Below are positions 41,601-52,127 of a stretch of DNA of 64,000 bases, one piece after another (position 1 is the stretch's first letter; the number at the start of each line of letters is the position of its first letter). Under the pieces are notes generated by a model. It saw nothing but the letters and a program-made list of their open reading frames with translations, was not told the DNA's origin and ran no database searches. Source of the DNA: Ophelia neglecta (taxonomy: Eukaryota); the NCBI GenBank assembly GCA_965285935.1, contig OZ260666.1:38936001-39000000 (forward strand), given 5' to 3'. The translations under genes and the position numbers were made by a program.

Positions 41601-44600
41601 CTTTAATCATGTACTCTTCTTGAACGAGCAATAACAGATATTATTAGGGGAATGTTAAATTATTCTGGTGTCATCAATGTATTAATATTTCTCTGTGAAG
41701 CAGACCAGACCTGTCTCTTGGAGAAGATGAGAACACATCACCCTCACATTCCACGCCATCAGGGTCTGCCGTGTGGGACTTCATTAACAAATATCACAAA
41801 GATTCATCCATCTTCTTCAACTTCATGTACTCCCCTGCAGAACAGGAGGCTGTGAGTTCTCGTCTCTTAACTATTAAAACTAGATGATAAAACCAATACT
41901 GTCTGCTCTCTAATTAGATTGAGTACTCTGTTATTATTTTATTATAGTATAATAGTGTTTTAAGTCTTAGAGCTTGAGTCCTATTAGATTATGTAATGAA
42001 AGTAAGATATAGTGAATATATCTTAAATATATTACGTTACTTGATAGTCTTCTGAATGAGGCACCACATTGTTTCCACAACCAATGGGGTAAAATGATAG
42101 ATGCCCTGTAGTTTACTCTCTGCCTCATCCCTGTTTGTTTGATGTTTATGCATAAAACTGTTTAATATTACAGTCAGCAGGGGCAGACCTAGGGGGGGGG
42201 GAGTGATGGTTCCCCGATCCTCCTGGTACTTGGAGCCCTGTTCTTGGAGAACATTTCTGTATAGCCCCGGAGCTTTATTATACCTTTACGTGTTTTGTTT
42301 CTGTTGTAGGTGTTGCGTCCGTACTCTAACGTGTCCAACTTGGCAATCTGGGATTACTACCTGAAGGAGGACCTGGCCCACGGCCCGTCGTTTGACCTGG
42401 ATGTGGTCGCCCGAGAACAGCAGCAGTTAGAGGACCAGGAGATGGTGGATGGACCGCTCCATCCCAGCCAGCGCAGAATCATCAATGGCTGCTACGACAA
42501 CATCGACTACAAACAGCCAGACTCCTGTACATTCCTCATACAGGTACTGACACACTGCATCTATAGTAGTATTATAAGTTATCCGTATCTGCATGAATAC
42601 CAACTGCTATATCAAACTTTGAAAAATTCATAATTATTTCAATAAATGCCAATGATTGTTTCATAAGATCCATGTTTATGTCTGTGTAGGAAATCATAAG
42701 ATTGGAGACAGAATTAGGTTATTATCCCTCCAAGTGGGACGGGCTATGGTCCAAGCTTGAACACCCGTCACGCGAGCAGCTGACCAGACAGGTGTCTTTT
42801 AACACCCAGCTGGTTCGCTCACACGGACGAAGCATTCACAAACGTAGCACCATCGAGCTTCTGGTCAAAGGCAAGATGTTAGGAGAGGCGGCTAAGATGT
42901 TCAGCCAGCCTCATCGCTTTGAGAAGTTCACCTACACCACACCAGCCTATTGCGACTACTGCTCCCATGTACTCTGGGGTTTGGTCAAAACAGGTCAGTC
43001 ATCAGCACTCTTGGTATAATCTATTGTGCAATTGTATCAGCAATGCTTTGAAAAACACCTAGGCATGGCACTAGTCACGGATGGTATTTACATGTACCAT
43101 AGCAGTGTTACGAGGCTTAAGGTTCAGCGAAATTGTTACAAAGATTATAGTGTACATTTGAGGAGAAAAAATACATATATACAGTTAATGCAATATAGTC
43201 AGGGAAAACAACAAAATGTAGAAATGATAATTTGGCATGTCCTATGTTTCAGGAATGCGTTGTATGGACTGTGGATACAATTGTCATGAGAAGTGTATGG
43301 CTCATGTACCCAAGAACTGCACTCGTTTACGACCAGTGTCGGAAGCTAGCACTAGTAGTACCAACATCTCTAAAGGCAGCATAGCGGAAACGGCATCCAT
43401 GACTGGAGGTAGGATACATGAAAATGGTCGAAAGAGAAACTATGTATATAATCTGATGCACCATTCGATAATTATGAATTATTCTGATTGTTATGAAAGT
43501 AAACTATTACCATGGTTGTGTCTGTTCAAAATGTTTTCAACTTAAATCATGCTTTTGTGCCATACTAACAATCAGTTATTTTATTCAAAAGCCTATTCAG
43601 CACGAAAAGAACACTTGCTTGTATTGTTGATTTTCTTAATTTAAGAAAATCAACAATACAAGCAAGTGTTCTGACCTAGGTTGGAGTCACTGACTACCTG
43701 CCCCTGTCTCCCTGATTGCAGTTAAAGTCACTTAAAGATGGCTAGGATTATCCTGATTGGCTTGCTGATAATCCCTTAATATGTGTATTTTAGCCAATGC
43801 ATGCATATATATACCCAAGAATGCTGAGATTTTTTTGGCAAAATAAAGTTTGCAAATCAGAACAGTTGTCCACGTAAAGTTATTGTAATAGTAATAGTAA
43901 TAGTAATAGACGGGTGTGTAATAGTAATAGTAATAGTAATAGAACTAAGAGGCTGTAATAGTAATAGTAATAGTAATAGAATTATTTCAAGGTAATAGTA
44001 ATAGTAATAGTAATAGAGGGTATGTAATAGATACCATGTCTGTTCTTAAATAATTAAACCAAAGTAGAGGTATGGAATGGAATGCTTTTTGTAGCCTGCC
44101 ATTTTATGGAAGGGTATGCGTTTAATCGAAATAATATATTGAACCCAAAATATTGATATAACTACCTGCTATGTCAACTATCTGCATTAGATCTACAATG
44201 ACAATTTTCCTCCCTGCTGTCACCATCAGTCCCTGCATTACAGTGACTATGTCACTTGCTGTTATGTCACTATTACTCCGTGCATTACAGTGACAATGCC
44301 ACTCCCTGCTATGTCACCATCCCTCCCTGCATTACAATGATAATGTCACTTCCTGCTATGTCACCATCCCTCCCTGCATTACCATGACAATGTCACTCCC
44401 AGCCATGTCACCAACCCTCCCTGCATTACAATGTCAATGTCACTCCTTGCCGTGTCACCATCCCTCCCTGCATTACAATGACAATGTCAATAAAATACTG
44501 ATATGTTCATATTATATTTACCTAATGTATGTTGGAAGAAAAAATGTGGACTTCAATTATGAGATGCTGTTGTAGAAACAGTCTTGTTCCTTTTGTTCGT

Positions 44601-47600
44601 AGCACATTCCTAGTCTATATGTAGCATGTTTACAGGTTTGATCAAAAGTAGTATGTCTGTGGTTTCTTCACTTTATTTCTTTGTAGAGGATGTTGTGTTC
44701 ATTTCGTATACATTGCATGTTAATGATGTTTTTTGGAGAGGTACATATACCATTTTGTTGTATGGGTGTAGCATGGTTTTTTTTCCATACATGGCACATG
44801 ACTTGTCCATTCCTGCATACAAATATAATGTGTGGTTCCTTCTATCCTTTCTGTTGATGCCATATATAACAGTCCTTTTTATTCATGGTTTCTAAGTGCT
44901 CATTTCATGATTATGATTAATTTCTGTGTATTTGGTATGGTGTATGTGTCTCATTTTCTGTTTCTTTCTCCTTGTACAATGCTCTATCTCATCTTAACAA
45001 GTGTTTATGTCTACTGAAAGCATGTTTATTTGTAAATTTCTGGTATGTATGAATTTAACATTTGATTTCTATGTAGCATGTTCACTGTTTCTTTCTATAT
45101 GTAGCACGTTGCACGTTTTCAGTTCACTCCACAGCAGTTCCTGCTGTCAGCCTCCTACAGGGTCCTAGAAAGATCTACAGTCAATTCTCCTCGGCTGTTT
45201 CAGAGCACCGTACCTACGAGGGCTATCTCTACAAACGGGGGGCACTGCTCAAAGGATGGAAACAACGCTGGTTTGTGCTCGACTCCATGAAACACCAGGT
45301 AAGTACCCTACTCTGTCCTAGTACTACCTATACTAACACAGGTACTTAAAAAACCTGAAATATATGTGTGCTCTGCAGCCAAAAGTAGTATAGGTGCAAA
45401 ACTGAAATTGATACGTACGAGTCTCGTAGAGAGGGACATGAGTTGATTAACTTTTTATGCGAATCAAAATATATTTAGTTGCAGTAGAAAAGCCAAACAA
45501 AAATAGTCTTTCTTCATGCCTTATATAACCTCTCTATTGGAGCACTTTCAACATGGTATTGGGAGTTTATAGGAACTGATATATTGCAATTATGATGGAC
45601 TTGTCAGATTTCATCTTGACATCCTTTTCAAGGTCAATTTGATAATGTCATGATTTCAGCCTTTGTTTTAGCATTAAGAGCCTAGAAGTCCATGGGGAGC
45701 CTATAGCAAAACCACATTTTTTGCATTATATCAACTTTTTAAATTTAACCTAGTTATTTTCAAGGTCAAGTTACAAAATGAAGAAGTCAGACTTTATTTT
45801 AGCAGTTAGAGCCTTGAAGTACATTGGGCACCTTTTCAAAAGCACACTTTTGCACCTAATGGAATTCTCATACTTGACCTTGGTGTTAAGTTTCAAGGTC
45901 AAATTACCAAAATGATAAATTCAGTCTTTATTTTAGCAGTTAAAGCCTTGAAGTACACCGGGAGACTGTCTATAGGATAGCACATTTTTCTCATCTTATA
46001 GAGTTTTTAGATTTCACCTTGGTGTTCATTTTCAAAGTCAAATTACCAAATTATGAATACAACCTTTATTGTACAGTTAGATGCTAGAAGTTCATAGGGA
46101 CATAATAGGATTAATACGCCTTTTTTAGAAGCAGTAGCCTAGCACTTTGTTGACAACCTTTATAAAACAACATTTTTTGCATCTTATTAAGTTTCAGAAT
46201 TGAACTTGGAGAGACTGCTCGCTTAGCCTAGCGCTACTCGGTCAATCCAATAAATGTGTTTAAACCGAACCAACGGGTTTCTAAACACCTTGTTACTGGT
46301 AGCTCTTTCTCTGCCGGATTGTACCAGAAACACTACTAGATACAGAATAACTGGAGGACAAGGGTTGAAAAAACATTTAAGAATTTTTAGGGATTCTTTT
46401 ATTTATTGTGCAGGATCTTTATGAAAGTGATCGTTACTAATGTACTCTGATTATGAACTTTGATTAAATATTAGGTTTGTAACAATGGATGTTTGTTTTT
46501 GTAGCTGCGTTATTACGACTCAAAGGAGGACTCGATGAACTGTAAGGGTTTTATAGACCTGGCTGAGGTCGAGAAAGTCGCCTCTCTCAAAAATGTACAG
46601 GGAGCTCCTAAAAAAGCTGATGAAAATGCCTCCTTTGAGGTATGCTCATCTCGCGATCACTGATTTTATTAAAATAATATTGTTATAAGTGAATGTGTTC
46701 TATAATTTCATCGAGTTTGATTTCACACTTCCATAAATGTATATTTATTAAATGAAGACTCTTATGCCATTTGTGTTTGGCATTTATAATATCCATTTTT
46801 TACGACTTGATGCTGTTTAAATTTATTAATATAAGGAATAATTTTGTAATTAGTGACAGGTTTATCTTTTCTAACACCAATGGTCCTCTTCAAAGTTTAA
46901 TTGCATGTTCTAAAGTTATACAGTGAAACCTGTGAATTAAGACCACCCAAGGGACTGGAAAATGCTGGTCTGATTTTGAAGGTGGTCTGTTTAGACAGGT
47001 TATTTAACACTTAAAGTATATATCATGGTACACATATTTAATAGTGGTCTGAATTTGCAGGTCTGATTATAGAGATGGTCTTAAAGGCAGGTTTCACTGT
47101 AGATTATTGAGCCCTCTAGTACTGGTATAGATTATAGACATAGTTTTAAAAATGTGGGGGGTATCATATACATAGAGGCTAAGGGACGGGTGTACCACGG
47201 GGCTGCACCCCCTTCAAGAGTGCATCCCCTCCAAGAGCTGATCCTCTGAGACTTGGCTTCCAGATCCCTCCCACCCCGACCCGCCCTCTCTGTATTTGTA
47301 TTTGAGGGGAACCTACTGCATTGGAGGGGAAACCCAACACACACTCTAAATTCTCTACCTCCCCCCCGCCCCCCCCCCCCCAACCACAACCGCCATCTTC
47401 CTGGTAGGGGAAACTGACAAACACTGGACACTCCACCCCCCTCCCTCTGTTAGGGAGAAGAAACCCATCACACTCTAGACATCCACCCCCTGGGAGAGGA
47501 AACCTGTCACACACACTCTAGATCCCTGTGCCCCCTCTAGATCACTGGGACCCCTCTAGATCACTGGGTACCCTTTATGTCACTGGGTACCGTCTAGGTC

Positions 47601-47888
47601 ACTTGGTTGCCTCTATATCAATGGGTACCCTCTAGATCCCTGGGCTCCCTGGAGATCCCTGTTCCACCTATAGATCACTGAGCCCTCTCCAGGTTCCTAT
47701 GCACCTCTAGATCCCTTTCCTCCCTCTAGACCCCTGTGCCCTTTGAGTCTGCCATTGTACTTTAAATTTAATTTTTCCTACATGTTTTTATTTAGCTGAA
47801 GACGTCGAAGAGAGTGTACAATTTCTTGGCGAGTGATGCCAATGCTGCTCAGGAATGGATCGAACAGATACATGGCTGTATCCAGTGA
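11628..47888 (+). CDS. SBF2: SET-binding factor / myotubularin-related protein 13-like (single invertebrate SBF1/SBF2 co-ortholog); multi-exon, 5'-partial
   Basis: Phase-consistent GT-AG exons: 11628-11716, 12922-13185, 14579-14681, 16362-16478, 17797-17929, 18297-18405, 18711-18824, 19012-19203, 20671-20799, 21043-21141, 22420-22574, 23031-23196, 23384-23602, 23824-24018, 24525-24668, 24902-25101, 26469-26635, 26797-26870, 27152-27347, 27793-27926, 28119-28294, 30331-30515, 30673-30862, 31142-31222, 31603-31718, 34472-34738, (38072-38254), 39724-39893, 40111-40392, 40606-40791, 41028-41182, 41701/41704-41851, 42310-42543, 42690-42993, 43253-43408, 45123-45298, 46505-46639, 47796-47888 (TGA). 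Motifs: u[43 protein letters not shown]; [20 protein letters not shown]; [23 protein letters not shown]; dead phosphatase [16 protein letters not shown] and [13 protein letters not shown]; C1 [23 protein letters not shown]; [25 protein letters not shown]. The first exon is not found in 1-11627. Confidence 0.96.
13660..14100. mobile_element. Diverged second copy of the ~131-133-bp unit repeat family
   Basis: CAAGGTCAAA at about 13679 and 13941 (two periods apart); TTGACCTTGGTG and ATGATTTCAGCCTTT are shared with 45410-46250. Confidence 0.5.
17195..17250 (+). mobile_element. Possible short SINE 3'-tail fragment
   Basis: AATGACCCACATGGTGTCTATGTGTCGTTAAGCCCCAAAAATCCAAATCCAAA resembles the CGTTAAA-plus-microsatellite tails of invertebrate SINEs. 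Confidence 0.3.
17630..17822. repeat. ~37-bp degenerate tandem repeat (about 5 units) built on a 3' splice site
   Basis: Units like TTTTTCTGACAG|GTATTGCCAATTCACTTAGTATA; the last unit is the real acceptor and exon start at 17797. Confidence 0.75.
19235..20635. repeat. 42-bp minisatellite, about 33 copies, filling nearly a whole SBF intron
   Basis: Unit GGTCATGTTAAACCTGACCACAGCAGGGAACTGAAGGGTAGG; homogeneous centre, degenerate edges. It produces the 14-aa periodic minus-strand ORFs. Confidence 0.97.
25088..25910. repeat. ~21-bp degenerate AC-rich tandem repeat built on a 5' splice site
   Basis: Unit AACATCACTAACAG|GTACACACC; the first unit is the exon end and donor at 25101/25102. Confidence 0.85.
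26070..26340 (-). mobile_element. Possible 3' end of a non-LTR retroelement (LINE/SINE), minus strand
   Basis: The minus strand reads ...AATAAAGATATTATTATATTATTAT (polyA signal plus ATT-type tail) downstream of a CpG-containing segment unlike the surrounding intron. Confidence 0.35.
28425..28660. mobile_element. Diverged relative of the 35402-35571 MITE family
   Basis: Ends CTGTAATACCTCTAATGATTG / CAATCATTAGAGGCAATGCGG; shares the internal GTCTCCACAATA with the 35402 copy. Confidence 0.65.
32695..32772 (+). CDS. Candidate alternative (duplicated) SBF exon, paralogous to the start of exon 34472-34738
   Basis: TTTAG acceptor in phase 1, matching the upstream exon end at 31718. Reads [23 protein letters not shown](NMLG) versus [29 protein letters not shown] in the 34472 exon. 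Phase-1 donors at 32761 (GTAACA) and 32773 (GTAAAG); if unspliced, an in-frame TGA ends at 32816. Confidence 0.6.
35402..35571. mobile_element. Tc1/mariner-type MITE (CCGTA termini)
   Basis: TA flanks; TIRs CCGTAATACCTCTAATAAGTAGC / GCCACTTATTAGAGGCATTACGG. Confidence 0.8.
35909..36030. repeat. 28-bp tandem repeat, about 4 copies
   Basis: GTTGGTTTGGGGCTGACATGATTCTTGG repeated. Confidence 0.9.
38072..38254 (+). CDS. Probable SBF cassette exon in the phosphatase-domain insert
   Basis: GC/CpG-richer open stretch in AT-rich intron, TTAGTAG tandem acceptor, donor T|GTACGT. It is 183 nt, phase 1-1, and compatible with the flanking exons. Encodes [40 protein letters not shown]; FGSLR resembles the WGSVR/WASLR segment I recall in vertebrate SBF1/2. 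Confidence 0.65.
43608..43672. repeat. Perfect 65-bp palindrome (32-bp arms, 1-nt centre)
   Basis: AGAACACTTGCTTGTATTGTTGATTTTCTTAA-T-TTAAGAAAATCAACAATACAAGCAAGTGTTCT. Confidence 0.95.
43884..44042. repeat. Four (GTAATA)4 blocks with unique short spacers; probable solo transposon end
   Basis: Four identical hexamer tetrads separated by different ~7-12-nt spacers, ending GTAATAGATACCATGTCTG. Confidence 0.8.
44180..44490. repeat. ~47-bp tandem repeat, about 6 copies
   Basis: Unit approx TGACAATGTCACTCCCTGCTATGTCACCATCCCTCCCTGCATTACAA. Confidence 0.88.
45410..46250. mobile_element. Dispersed element with internal ~133-bp tandem units (Helentron/HINE-like)
   Basis: CAAGGTCAA recurs at about 45629, 45761, 45894 and 46033, each followed by TTCAGCCTTT..TTAGCAGTTAGAGCCTTGAAGT. 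Short GAGTCTC / GAGACTG near the ends and a GC-rich 3' segment. A related array lies at 13660-14100. The family label is inference. Confidence 0.55.
46921..47099. mobile_element. Tc1/mariner (pogo/Tigger-type) MITE
   Basis: TA flanks; TIRs CAGTGAAACCTG..TTAAGACCA / TGGTCTTAAAGGCAGGTTTCACTG; internal GGTCT repeats. Confidence 0.85.
47505..47745. repeat. ~20-bp degenerate tandem repeat in the last SBF intron
   Basis: CCCTCTAGATCACTGGGTAC-like units, preceded by looser ~40-bp C-rich units at 47300-47520. Confidence 0.8.
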
Positions 47889-50861
47889 GGGACCAACTTG
47901 TATTTCAGACTGTGCAATGGATTACAAACCACTCCCTTGAGCAAAGCTGTGGAGCTGGATGTAGTTGGGATCTGACGATGGAGGTGTATTAACTATACAC
48001 AGACTTCTCTGGTGGATTGAGGCTGTCCTCTTCACCACCACTTCGGAGGAGATAAATAGATAGAATTCCTTTAATATCTTTGTGGCTGTCAGAGACAAGA
48101 GTGTTGGAATCTAAGGCCCTCCAGAGAAGTAACGGGCTTGTAACAGCCCAAATGGACACTGTGCAATGTAGAACTTCCAATGTAATAGGCAATTATTTGC
48201 AGTGTATTAGTGGCATGAATGCTTGTGTTGGTTTTGTTATATTTGCTGGTAGCTAGCGGTGGTTGTCTTGACAGAAATGGGAGCTCTATGACTTATAGCT
48301 GTGCTTTCAGTGCAATGCCTTGAAAGGAGTATTTTAGCATTTCATGAGGATAAATGTAGATCTACAAGTGTTAGATGCCTGGGAAAAAACATGGACACTC
48401 ATCATTATTTCAGTCTCTCTTTGAGATCAGTGTTGCATGACAATTGCAATCAGAACCAGCCTGAAAGTTCATCTGGGATATTGTGTATCAAATCGTTGTC
48501 GTTGGTATGGATAAAGTCGCTTTCATTGCCCCCAACCTCTTGCCGAGATAAAGTATTTATCCCAGACCAGTGTGACTAGAAGGTCGATGTTTATGTTTCT
48601 CGCAATGTGGATGAGTGCGGTGGCGACATCATGCGATCTATCCTAGTTTGTACCTGTATTAACCTCCGCTATGTACGTGGTGTGTGTTCAGGTATGGTCT
48701 ACGTACCCGCCCCTCCCTCTAGCTCGCACTATGCTAGACTCTCTTGCTAGCACCCCCTACACTTTTCTTATTGTTATGGGCTTTCAGGGTCAATGTGTAG
48801 ATACACTTATGTATGATAGTATGCAGGCTAATGTGTTAAGTATTTTCTATGTGATAACTTTTGCTAACTATCAGAATGAAATCCATGTACTACTCTGCTC
48901 TCCTGGCAGGGTAGTAACCCGGCAGAGTTACTACTCTCCCTTCCATCTAGGGTTGCAAACTCGACTATGTCTCATTGTTAGGTGCTACTTGAGTAAATCT
49001 TAGACTTGACAAACTGTAGGATTTTACGTTTACTTGACATTTGCTTATTTTAGACAATGCTAGATTTTAAGTGCACCACTGACACCAATCCATGAAGTAG
49101 CATAGGCTTCCTTGGGCACTCGATGCATGAACTCATTCTATGCTCAATTTATTTTATTTTATCTATTCATTTGCATTTTACATTAAGTATTGTGTGTTTG
49201 GAGGTGAGTTAGAGCCTGAGAACTAGCCAATTCTGGCTGAGCTCTGTAGGTTACTGCATGACTAGGTTGCCTCATTGCTTCTCCCCTCTTCCAGTTATTT
49301 TCAAGCATAAAACTTAAACAGGTCCAAAAGAACCATGATTGTGACTGCATCATGACTGAAATACCATCCACAGCTGTCTTGCACGGGATGCCGGCTATTT
49401 TTAAAGTAGATTACAGCTTCTGTGGATTTCAGTGGCATGTTGACAACGAGGATATGTTTATTGGACATGGCCAGGGTATATTTTACCCTAAAATGGGTTG
49501 TATTTTAATAAGATGGCAGACTATTTGAGGAATAAAAAGGTAAAGGTTGTAGTTTTCTTGTTAAGTAGAATTCAACTTGTGTCCTACATACACTGTGACA
49601 CTCAATTTTTAAAAAAGATATGTACATACTTTGTACTGGGGCTACCATTTTGTTGTTCCAGGGTACACGTTTTTTATAGATAAAAAAGTATCATTCCACC
49701 CGAACACACTCACTATAATTCATTAAAATATGACACTATAATTCATGAACATATGACTCCCAAAAAAATTCAACAAGGCACTTTAAAATTGACAATCAAA
49801 CTTTCATGGTTGAAGTGGATTTTTCTCAATGTGTCATTTCTCTGAACCATACTGAAGCACCGGCACATCAGGGAGATGACATATTTGTCCCAAGGCAATG
49901 CGGAACCAGGTTTTTGATGACATTTGTACAGATTTTTAAGGTTATCAGTATACTGTGCATTTTCTGTATTTTGTGAATAGTTGACTGCTGCTGTATATTT
50001 GGCTTTAGATGGTCGTTACCAGAGCTACCTAGTCAAATCTTAACACTGACATACCAGTGAATTGAGTTGCCAGCTGATGGACATCAAACGCTATCTGTGC
50101 AACTATTGCTTTATCTGGTGTGCAACACTGTTGCCTGCCAAGTGAATTAGTATTTTTGATCTACAGTATATATCCAATAATCTGGACTATACACTACTAG
50201 TTTCTATTAGACCTCTGTATATTTGGTGTAAGTTGGCACGCTTATACATGTACTTGCATGGTGCACAATTTGTACAGATGAACATTGTATTGTATGTAAA
50301 ATTGAATTTTGTATATATGCTTGAAATTATTAGAAGTCCGGAGAATGTACCATTGACAGTAGTTTGTTTATATTCTAGTTGTAACTTATCTGAGCTGGAG
50401 TACATGTACCAATAGAAGGAGAGAAGCTCTCTCGGCCGTGTCTTAGGGGCTATGCACATTGTACACTTACCATGTATTCAACCGTTAACCATACATGTAG
50501 AGCTCCTTGTCGTTTGTGGCTTGTCTTGTTTATCGTATCAACAGCTTGGTTGTTGATCCAGATGTTTGTTAACTGTTTCAATTCCAAATTGATAGAAGTA
50601 CAATATTTTTATCTTCATCTTTTTTAAGTTCAGACTCTCAGTGTGTTAAAAGTTAGTAAGCATCTCCAAGCATTAAATGTTGAGAAAATGGAGAGGACAG
50701 TCTAAAAAGTATTACCATTTAGAAACTAGTGACTTTCTTTCAAAATTTAATCAATTCTAAAAGAATTCAAAAATAAATCTAGATTTCATCAAACTCCAGT
50801 AGAAACTCCCGATGTCAGTTCTACTTCACTCTTGCTTGGTGTATGAAAGAACTTCAGAACA

Positions 50862-50867
50862 AATAAA
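50862..50867 (+). terminator. Candidate SBF polyadenylation signal (implies ~3-kb 3'UTR)
   Basis: AATAAA at the end of a GT-rich UTR-like tract, followed by GT/T-rich sequence. Other AATAAA sites exist (e.g. 49531, 50176, 50772). Confidence 0.35.
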
Positions 50868-52127
50868 AAGATTTAAAATACTTGCAAAGGATTGTTTATA
50901 TGTATAATACAAAAGAAGCTTTTTTTTTACATATTGACAGTTTAAAATAATGAACATAAAGTCATAGTGATAATGACAAATTCAGCTGACTGTATAAAAA
51001 CCTACTCACTGACACTGAATCAATCTTTGTATCCAGTGAATTCGTTTATAACAAATGTGTCAGTCCAGGCCAATGCGATTCAGAATATATAAATCTCCAG
51101 ATTATATTTCTTACTTTGTCCATTATGAACAATCACATTTGTTTCCTAAACTCTTCCCTGCTTAACACTTTTTTCAAATTGTTTCCTCTTTTATTAAATA
51201 TTGTGATCCAAGTACATGTGTATATATTTTTTTAAACTTGGGCATAATAGCGCATCTTGTCACACATTTTTCAGTTTGTTATGTGACTATTTTATTCAAA
51301 TACAAACAAAATTAGACAGCAGTTTGAATAATCTTCTATAGTTATGGCAAAACATCAGGAAATGGACATGTATGCTACAAAAAACTCCCATGTGTGTCAA
51401 AGAAAGGAACCATACACTGTATATTAACAACAGAGTAAGGCAAAAAACATTGACCAGTAAATCAGAAATAGGAATTAGGAATTTGGTGGTAATTTTTTTT
51501 CTATTGCAAAATTAAATTGTGGCACAGCATGAAAAATGTTTTAGATTGTGTACAGGTACCGGTAGTAGAAAAACAACTCTCATGAACATTTCTGATTTTA
51601 CAGTATTCAATAATGGGTACAAATAATTTTCAATCATGTGACAAATTATGCATACAATGTTTAAATGTTCACTGTGTGTAACTAAAGTGCAGTAGGTTAC
51701 TCACTGTGTGTATTACTACACTGATTTCAATGTCAATAGGCGTATAAAATAGGTCATCAATATAAATCTATGAATGGTTTTATAAAACCGACATTCATAG
51801 CTGAGGCTAGCATTTGCTTACACAATGTTTTGCCTTTTACATATAAACATTAATATTTACCTATTTAGTAGGTAAATTTACCAACTCAGCAAGACAAATA
51901 CATGATCACAAGGTTGAACATTCTTTCTTAAAAAATACTCAACATTATTTAGGTACATGAATATATTTAAATCATGACATTGTGTATAAATTTATTACAA
52001 TATTGATATGACACTGTAGGCAAAACAATGCTATTGATTATGTTTATGCTACATGTAATCAACTTCACATATCACTATACAATTTTATATCTACACATTT
52101 TTTGTTAAGCTAGATTTGAACAGAAGC

